From contig LBWK01000001.1 in assembly GCA_000993565.1 (NCBI GenBank), positions 492,208 to 556,207 on the forward strand: a stretch of 64,000 nucleotides of DNA. Reading direction: 5' to 3'. The DNA is from a candidate division WS6 bacterium GW2011_GWF2_39_15. Its GTDB lineage: Bacteria; Patescibacteriota; Dojkabacteria; SC72. This document shows, piece by piece, positions 58,903-64,000 of the stretch (within the stretch, counting starts at the first letter, position 1; every line of letters starts with the position of its first letter). Below the pieces are notes generated by a model that saw only the letters and a list, made by a program, of their open reading frames with translations, was not told the DNA's origin and searched no databases. Position numbers and translations under genes: made by a program.

Positions 58903-59235
58903 TTAAAGAGGGATCGCAAAACAAAAGCCTGTAAGAGATTGAGGGGGGTTAGGATTCCAGATTCCATCAGAAAGAAATTCAGCATCCAGAGAGCCAATCT
59001 GAAGAGTATCCTTTAACGGTTCTAAAAGAAAGGCTTGATAGGAAATATTTTCAAGAGAGTTTTCAGAAAAGAGAGTGATCCGGATAGAGAACCGATAAAG
59101 AGATGTCTCGGTAATAGAAGAACCTTCAAGATGAGTATACTCTTTATCAATCTGCGGACGAGTATCAATAAAGGCAAAGAACCTTTTCTCAATTTCAATT
59201 ACCTTAAGAGGCTTTTTCTCTTTGATAGGATCCAT
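58903..59235 (-). CDS. Questionable small ORF between dnaA and dnaN
   Basis: 110-aa ORF with no recognisable features. It lies in the position where oriC elements often sit. Confidence 0.25.
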   Translation of the reverse strand: MDPIKEKKPLKVIEIEKRFFAFIDTRPQIDKEYTHLEGSSITETSLYRFSIRITLFSENSLENISYQAFLLEPLKDTLQIGSLDAEFLSDGIWNPNPPQSLTGFCFAIPL

Positions 59236-59665
59236 CCTTTTAATATTAGATCTTCTTTCTTCCTTTTACCAGTTTCCTCTTTTCTTCTTTCCCTTTCTTC
59301 TCTCCTATATATTATATATATTAGTAGTTGTAGTAATAGTGAGTATGTATAAGTTGATATCTGCACGAAAAAGTAAGGAAAGGATCTTATTCACTTCCTT
59401 ATTTGCATTCTGATAGATGTTGATAACTTAAACCTTGTTGTTATATACCCCCTGCCCTATTTCCTTTGTTAACCCAATATTTTCTACTTTCTATCTTAGT
59501 GGATAACTTTTGTGGAATATTTATGGGGAAGTCTGTTAATATGTGTGTATGTGTGGTTCCTAAATTCCCTCTGTAACAAGACGAAGACATAATGAAAAGA
59601 AAATTATCTGTGTAGAACTTCTCACGTTATCCGAACTTATTCTTAGTTATCCACAGGGTTGTCCT
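59236..59665. promoter_or_regulatory. oriC-type region downstream of dnaA: DnaA boxes plus an AT-rich unwinding element
   Basis: Perfect DnaA box TTATCCACA at 59647-59655. Near-consensus boxes AGTGGATAA (59498-59506) and TGTGGAATA (59511-59519). AT-rich run tatatattatatatatt at about 59300-59320. Confidence 0.6.
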
Positions 59666-61114
59666 CTAGCCGAGTCTGGATTTGCACGTCTCTATTTTGT
59701 CCTTAAATCTGCTATCTTTTTCCATCATATCCTCTATCTTTTCACATGCATGGAGCACCGTTGTATGATCTTGCCTGTTTACTTCTCTGGCAACCCTTTC
59801 TAAAGGTAAACCCAGTTCATTCCTAAGGATATACATTATAACCTGTCTTGTTGTCGCAAGATATGCCGTCCTTCTTTTACCTTTTATGTCTCTTGGTGTC
59901 ACGTCAAATATCTCGCATACTACATCCATTATTCTTTCAGGTTTTATCCTCTTCCTTTTACTCTCCAGATCCAGTTGGAGAGTTTTAGCGACCTGTTCCA
60001 GATTTACTTCCTGGCCGAGTCTTCTCATGGAGATTATCTTTATTGCTGCCCCTTCCAGTTCTCTTACGTTGTTTTCTACGTTTTTAGCGATTAGTTCAAC
60101 CGTCTCTCTATCCAGGGTTGTATTTTGTTCTGCGGCTATCTGTTGCAGTATTGCCATTCTCGTTTCATAATCCGGAGCTTGAAGGTCAGCCACCATTCCT
60201 CCGGAGAATCTGGACCTTAATCTGTCTGTTATATTCTTAATCTCTTTTGGGGGTCTGTCTGCGGCCATAATCATCTGCTTATTTGATTGATACAGTGTAT
60301 TGAAAGTGTGGAATAGCTCCTCCTGTGTCTTAGGGTATGTCTCTACAAATTGGATGTCATCTATTATGAGCAGGTCTATCTCCCTGTACTTTTTCCTGAA
60401 CTTCTCGTTGGTTCTTGTTCTTATGGATTCTATTAATTCATTGAGGAATTGTTCAATAGGGACATATACAACCTTTTTATCAGGATAGTTATTTATAACT
60501 TCATTTCCAATGGCCTGCATTAAGTGGGTCTTCCCTACCCCGGTTGGTCCGTAGAAGAAGACAGGATTATATAGTGTCCCGAGTTCTTTAACGACAGATT
60601 CCGCTACGGCGTGTGAGAGTGCATTGTGAGTACCTACAATGAAGTTGGAGAAGAGATATTTGGGATTGAGCTGTGCCTGTCTCGCAAGCTTATCTTTTCC
60701 CTCAACTATTTTGTCCTGTACTTCACTGAATATATTAAAGGATCCGTCCTGCCCTACTTTCACCTCCTGTATTGTTTTTGGAGTACTGTTGTTGACGGAG
60801 GATCTTATTTTTATGGTCAACTCTATTCTCTGTCCTGTTGCCTGACTTAGGCTTCTGGTGATTAAGCCTCTATGGTACTGTTCAAGGTATTCTCTCTGGA
60901 AGGACCGATCACATGATAGTTCTGCTATACCGTTCTCGACCTTTTCCAGGAATACTCCTTTAAACCATGTTTTGTAGTCTCTTGGTGATATGTATAGCCG
61001 TACATTTTCGCAGACTATTTTCCAGATCTCATCAATATCAAATTTGGCTGTATTAGGAGCGACATCCCTCTTTTCGGATATTTCAGGTTTTAAGATTTCA
61101 GGTTCATTAGCCAT
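59666..61114 (-). CDS. dnaA: Chromosomal replication initiator DnaA
   Basis: 482 aa. AAA+ Walker A GPTGVGKTHL, Walker B LLIIDDIQF, and the C-terminal DNA-binding domain (RQVIMYILRNELGLPLERVA...DHTTVLHA). Confidence 0.95.
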   Translation of the reverse strand: MANEPEILKPEISEKRDVAPNTAKFDIDEIWKIVCENVRLYISPRDYKTWFKGVFLEKVENGIAELSCDRSFQREYLEQYHRGLITRSLSQATGQRIELTIKIRSSVNNSTPKTIQEVKVGQDGSFNIFSEVQDKIVEGKDKLARQAQLNPKYLFSNFIVGTHNALSHAVAESVVKELGTLYNPVFFYGPTGVGKTHLMQAIGNEVINNYPDKKVVYVPIEQFLNELIESIRTRTNEKFRKKYREIDLLIIDDIQFVETYPKTQEELFHTFNTLYQSNKQMIMAADRPPKEIKNITDRLRSRFSGGMVADLQAPDYETRMAILQQIAAEQNTTLDRETVELIAKNVENNVRELEGAAIKIISMRRLGQEVNLEQVAKTLQLDLESKRKRIKPERIMDVVCEIFDVTPRDIKGKRRTAYLATTRQVIMYILRNELGLPLERVAREVNRQDHTTVLHACEKIEDMMEKDSRFKDKIETCKSRLG

Positions 61115-61254
61115 ATAGATATGGTTAGAATATATTTCAAAGCTTGGGGCAGTATGTAATTGGAGCTGATATACTAATAGCAGATATGTGGATAAGTTGT
61201 AAAGTGTAAAGAAGAAAAGGCCTAGTTAGAAGAAAAGTTTGAGTCAATCAATCT
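61115..61254. promoter_or_regulatory. dnaA upstream region with a DnaA box (autoregulation or oriC half-site)
   Basis: Perfect TGTGGATAA (reverse-orientation DnaA box) at 61187-61195. Confidence 0.45.
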
Positions 61255-63450
61255 CTACTTCTTTAAACCTAGTCTTTCAAATATATTTAAACTTTGCGGG
61301 CTTGTATTAGCTTTGTTCTTTTGATGTATTGGTATTGTAAGGACAAATGTGGACCCTTTACCTAATACACTTCTGACTTTGAATTGACCTCCATGTTTCT
61401 TTATTATTCCAATACTAACGTAAACTCCTAAACCTGTTCCACCAGGTTTTACAACGAGATTATCACGCTCATGGTCGGCCCTGTAAAACTTTTCTCCAAG
61501 ATGCTTGAGTGAATCTTTTGATATTCCTAAACCTGTATCCGAAACTGTTACTATATAGTATCGATCATCCTTTTCTAGCTCTACTTTTATATCTCCTTTT
61601 GGAGTGTATTTAACAGCGTTATTTATTATATTATCGAAAACTTCAAGTATTCTAGTCCTATCTACTTCTACTTCCCACCTCTCAGAGCCTTTAGGGCTTT
61701 TAAAAGTGAAATTTAACCCTTTCTTATTGATCTCGTGAATATGAGGCTCGTAACTTTCTCTAAGAATGCTAACTATGTTTGCCTGTTCAAAATTCAGTTC
61801 CAATTTATTCTGATCAAGTTTGGTTGCTCCGAGTAAAGAATTTATAAGTCTAACTTCTCGGAGGATAGCAGAGTTTATATTTTCAACATATTCAGCGATG
61901 CTGAAATATATTTTCGAATTTATAAGGTGTTTTGTCAGGAGCTCGAACTGTAATTTTACTATACTAATTGGAGTTCTAAGCTCGTGTCCCATTATATCAA
62001 TCATGTCCCGCTCTCTTCTCTGGGCTTCCAAGAGCTGTTCATATTTATTGTTTATATCTTTTGTTTGTTCTTTAACTTTTTGCTCAAGCCGGGTATTAAA
62101 TCTTGTTACCTCCGAATATAAATAAGCTCGGGACATACTTACTGAGAGGTTTTGAGTTAAGAGTTTGATAAGGGAGTATTCCTTCAAATCTAATGAAATA
62201 TTTGCTCCAGAAAGCTTAACAAGTCCTATTACTGTTTTATCGTTATTAATCGGAATTATTAACACAACTTGTTTTTTGATAAGGAGTTTGAGAAACTTTT
62301 CGATCCACTGTATGTCAGATTCCGTCTTATAACTCTCATCTATTACTATCTCAGGTGTAACAGGTTTTGTATGACCATTCACCTCCCACCATTTATGGCA
62401 GAGTTCAGAAAGGGGATCCTTCCCTTTTTGGGAAACTTCGAGGGTTACTTCTTGGCTTGGGAATATTGATGATAGAGTGTTTTTTAACTCTTTTAAGACT
62501 AATTCTCTTTTAAAAATAGTTGCGGTTTTAGAGTTAAAATCTAAAATCTCTCTTCGTAGGCGTTCATGCCCTACTTGTGTCACTTTTATTGTTTCGTTGG
62601 AAATAAACGTTATTATTTCAAAAAGGACTATACTTAAAAGGAAGACACTTAACGGGTTTAGGTAGCTATTATAAAGAATAAAGTTGTACGCAGCGATGCT
62701 CACTATTAAGCCGATCACCGTTACTGTAAGTATTCTAATAATGGTTTCTCTAATATCCGAAAAGAAAGCTTTTACAAAGAAAGTTTGGTTTGTTACATAA
62801 AGTAAAAATCCAAGTGATATAAACGCAATAGGTCCATACTCCAGTAATCCTACGACCGGGAAATATGTAAGTCCTACTCCTAAAAATATATATACAATGG
62901 CTAATGCAATTATTAGAGCTAAAATTTGTAACTTCTGTGTTCGGGTGTAACTACGGAGATTCTTTATCCAATGTGCTAATGTAGTAACCAGAATTACAAT
63001 TGCGTAAATAAGAGAAATCGTATAAAAACTCCCTGGAGAATATTCCGCCGGCCCATTTTCTACTATTTTAAAGCTACTAATATTCTGTTCACTATTTAGT
63101 CTCAGTGCAAAAAGAACAGTTAATATGACTGTTCCGATGTTGAGTATATTCGCTGCGATAGCCTTTTTCTTGTGTATTGTTTGTGGGAATATCGAAGCAA
63201 TTGTGAGAAAGGCCGACATGAAGTTTAACGGGAATAGTATTGCCAGCCTTGCCGCCACTATTGCTATCCCAGGTTCTTTGGATAAATCGGCTACGGAATT
63301 TGCAATAACCCAGCCGAACGCTGATATGAGTAAGTATAGATAGATAAATTGCTCTGACACTTTCATACCTCTTCGCCTCTTAAGGAAGGAGAATAGATTT
63401 ACTCCTAAAATCAGTAGTATGAAGGTATAAATAATGTATAGACTGACCAC
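61255..63450 (-). CDS. Sensor histidine kinase with a large polytopic N-terminal membrane domain
   Basis: 731 aa. About 10 TM helices. HisKA MIDIMGHELRTPISIV. HATPase_c N-box NAVKYTP and G-boxes DTGLGI / GGTGLGVYVSIGII. Confidence 0.85.
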   Translation of the reverse strand: MVSLYIIYTFILLILGVNLFSFLKRRRGMKVSEQFIYLYLLISAFGWVIANSVADLSKEPGIAIVAARLAILFPLNFMSAFLTIASIFPQTIHKKKAIAANILNIGTVILTVLFALRLNSEQNISSFKIVENGPAEYSPGSFYTISLIYAIVILVTTLAHWIKNLRSYTRTQKLQILALIIALAIVYIFLGVGLTYFPVVGLLEYGPIAFISLGFLLYVTNQTFFVKAFFSDIRETIIRILTVTVIGLIVSIAAYNFILYNSYLNPLSVFLLSIVLFEIITFISNETIKVTQVGHERLRREILDFNSKTATIFKRELVLKELKNTLSSIFPSQEVTLEVSQKGKDPLSELCHKWWEVNGHTKPVTPEIVIDESYKTESDIQWIEKFLKLLIKKQVVLIIPINNDKTVIGLVKLSGANISLDLKEYSLIKLLTQNLSVSMSRAYLYSEVTRFNTRLEQKVKEQTKDINNKYEQLLEAQRRERDMIDIMGHELRTPISIVKLQFELLTKHLINSKIYFSIAEYVENINSAILREVRLINSLLGATKLDQNKLELNFEQANIVSILRESYEPHIHEINKKGLNFTFKSPKGSERWEVEVDRTRILEVFDNIINNAVKYTPKGDIKVELEKDDRYYIVTVSDTGLGISKDSLKHLGEKFYRADHERDNLVVKPGGTGLGVYVSIGIIKKHGGQFKVRSVLGKGSTFVLTIPIHQKNKANTSPQSLNIFERLGLKK

Positions 63451-63454
63451 GTTA

Positions 63455-64000
63455 CTATTTTACGTTATAAATTTTTGGGAAAGGTTTCATCTGAAAACGC
63501 TCAAAAACAGAGGTATAAGCACCTGCTTGTTCAAGTTTTAGAATATCTCCGATTTTAATATTGCGAGGCAGTAAAACCCTTTGCCTAATAATATCATATC
63601 CGTCGCATGAGTACCCGCCAACTTTATAAAAAGTTTTAAGAAGAGAATCGCCGTTTCCATTGCCTAATAGTGGGTATTCAAAATGTTCGAGAGCTTCAAT
63701 TACTCCTGCAAAAACGCTAGTGTCTAGGATGAGCAAAGGAGGTCTTTTATATGGTTTGATATCGATGATGCTTGCATAAAGAGTCATCGTATTTGCTACC
63801 ATTGCTCGTCCAGGTTCAAGAAAGAGATTAAGATTTGGGAGTAATTTTCTGATTGCTTTTACCTCTGAAGTTAAACGTTTTATATAAAAAGAAAGAGGTT
63901 TTACATCAGCAGTATATTTTGCGGGTATGCCCCCACCTAAGTTCAATTTTGTAACCTCAATTCCCTGATCTTTTGCGTAGTAAATAAGATTGATGGCATT
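63455..64000 (-). CDS. Partial CDS (N-terminus beyond the window end): Orn/DAP/Arg decarboxylase family PLP enzyme (LysA/SpeA-like)
   Basis: C-terminal barrel motifs NLGGGIPAKY, EPGRAMVANTMTLYASIIDIK, GGYSCDGYDI, EQAGAYTSV. The reading frame stays open upstream of the first Met (…NAINLIYYAKDQGIEVTKLNLGGG) to position 64000. Confidence 0.8.
   Translation of the reverse strand, partial: NAINLIYYAKDQGIEVTKLNLGGGIPAKYTADVKPLSFYIKRLTSEVKAIRKLLPNLNLFLEPGRAMVANTMTLYASIIDIKPYKRPPLLILDTSVFAGVIEALEHFEYPLLGNGNGDSLLKTFYKVGGYSCDGYDIIRQRVLLPRNIKIGDILKLEQAGAYTSVFERFQMKPFPKIYNVK

Overview
This is an AT-rich bacterial chromosomal segment, densely coding on both strands. It carries many small membrane or secreted hypothetical proteins, a single 2637-aa surface giant, and few biosynthetic genes. 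That gene content (SpoIID-type hydrolase, helicase-nuclease fusion, giant FN3/DUF2341 protein) is typical of a small-genome Patescibacteria/CPR-like organism, but this is inference, not proven. All ORFs are read with the standard code; no in-frame TGA recoding was seen.

What is in the window:
- The replication origin: dnaA-dnaN with DnaA boxes on both sides of dnaA.
- Three tRNAs: Ile-UAU, Ser-GCU and Ser-CGA.
- A 410-nt tmRNA (ssrA) on the minus strand at 40855..41264 that the ORF track misses. It lies 35 kb from smpB.
- Housekeeping genes: murA, ogg-like glycosylase, nfo, a SpoU methyltransferase, an SDR, a GT4 glycosyltransferase, a two-component pair, a XerC/D-like recombinase and a partial Orn/DAP decarboxylase at the 3' edge.

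The most notable locus is a roughly 15-kb same-strand array on the minus strand, about 2.9-17.6 kb. It combines:
- a type IV secretion ATPase of the VirB4/VirD4 superfamily;
- five tandem, divergent, translationally coupled T4SS-pilin-like paralogs;
- a coiled-coil/SpoIID-type cell-wall hydrolase, a candidate VirB1 analogue;
- a 2-TM VirB3-sized protein, a bPH_2 membrane protein and a TM/beta-propeller protein;
- smpB interleaved among them, with a UvrD-family helicase/Fe-S nuclease fusion and endonuclease IV downstream.

Further items worth a second look:
- The giant surface protein (28838..36751) carries three phage tail-collar-like repeats with HxH motifs.
- A PemK/MazF-type toxin gene is broken at a T7 homopolymer.
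- A PcrB/GGGPS-family prenyltransferase is present.
- There is a coupled kinase/phosphatase pair.
- A five-gene plus-strand cluster is headed by a 304-aa protein with no family I could recognise.

No CRISPR array, rRNA or IS element was recognised.
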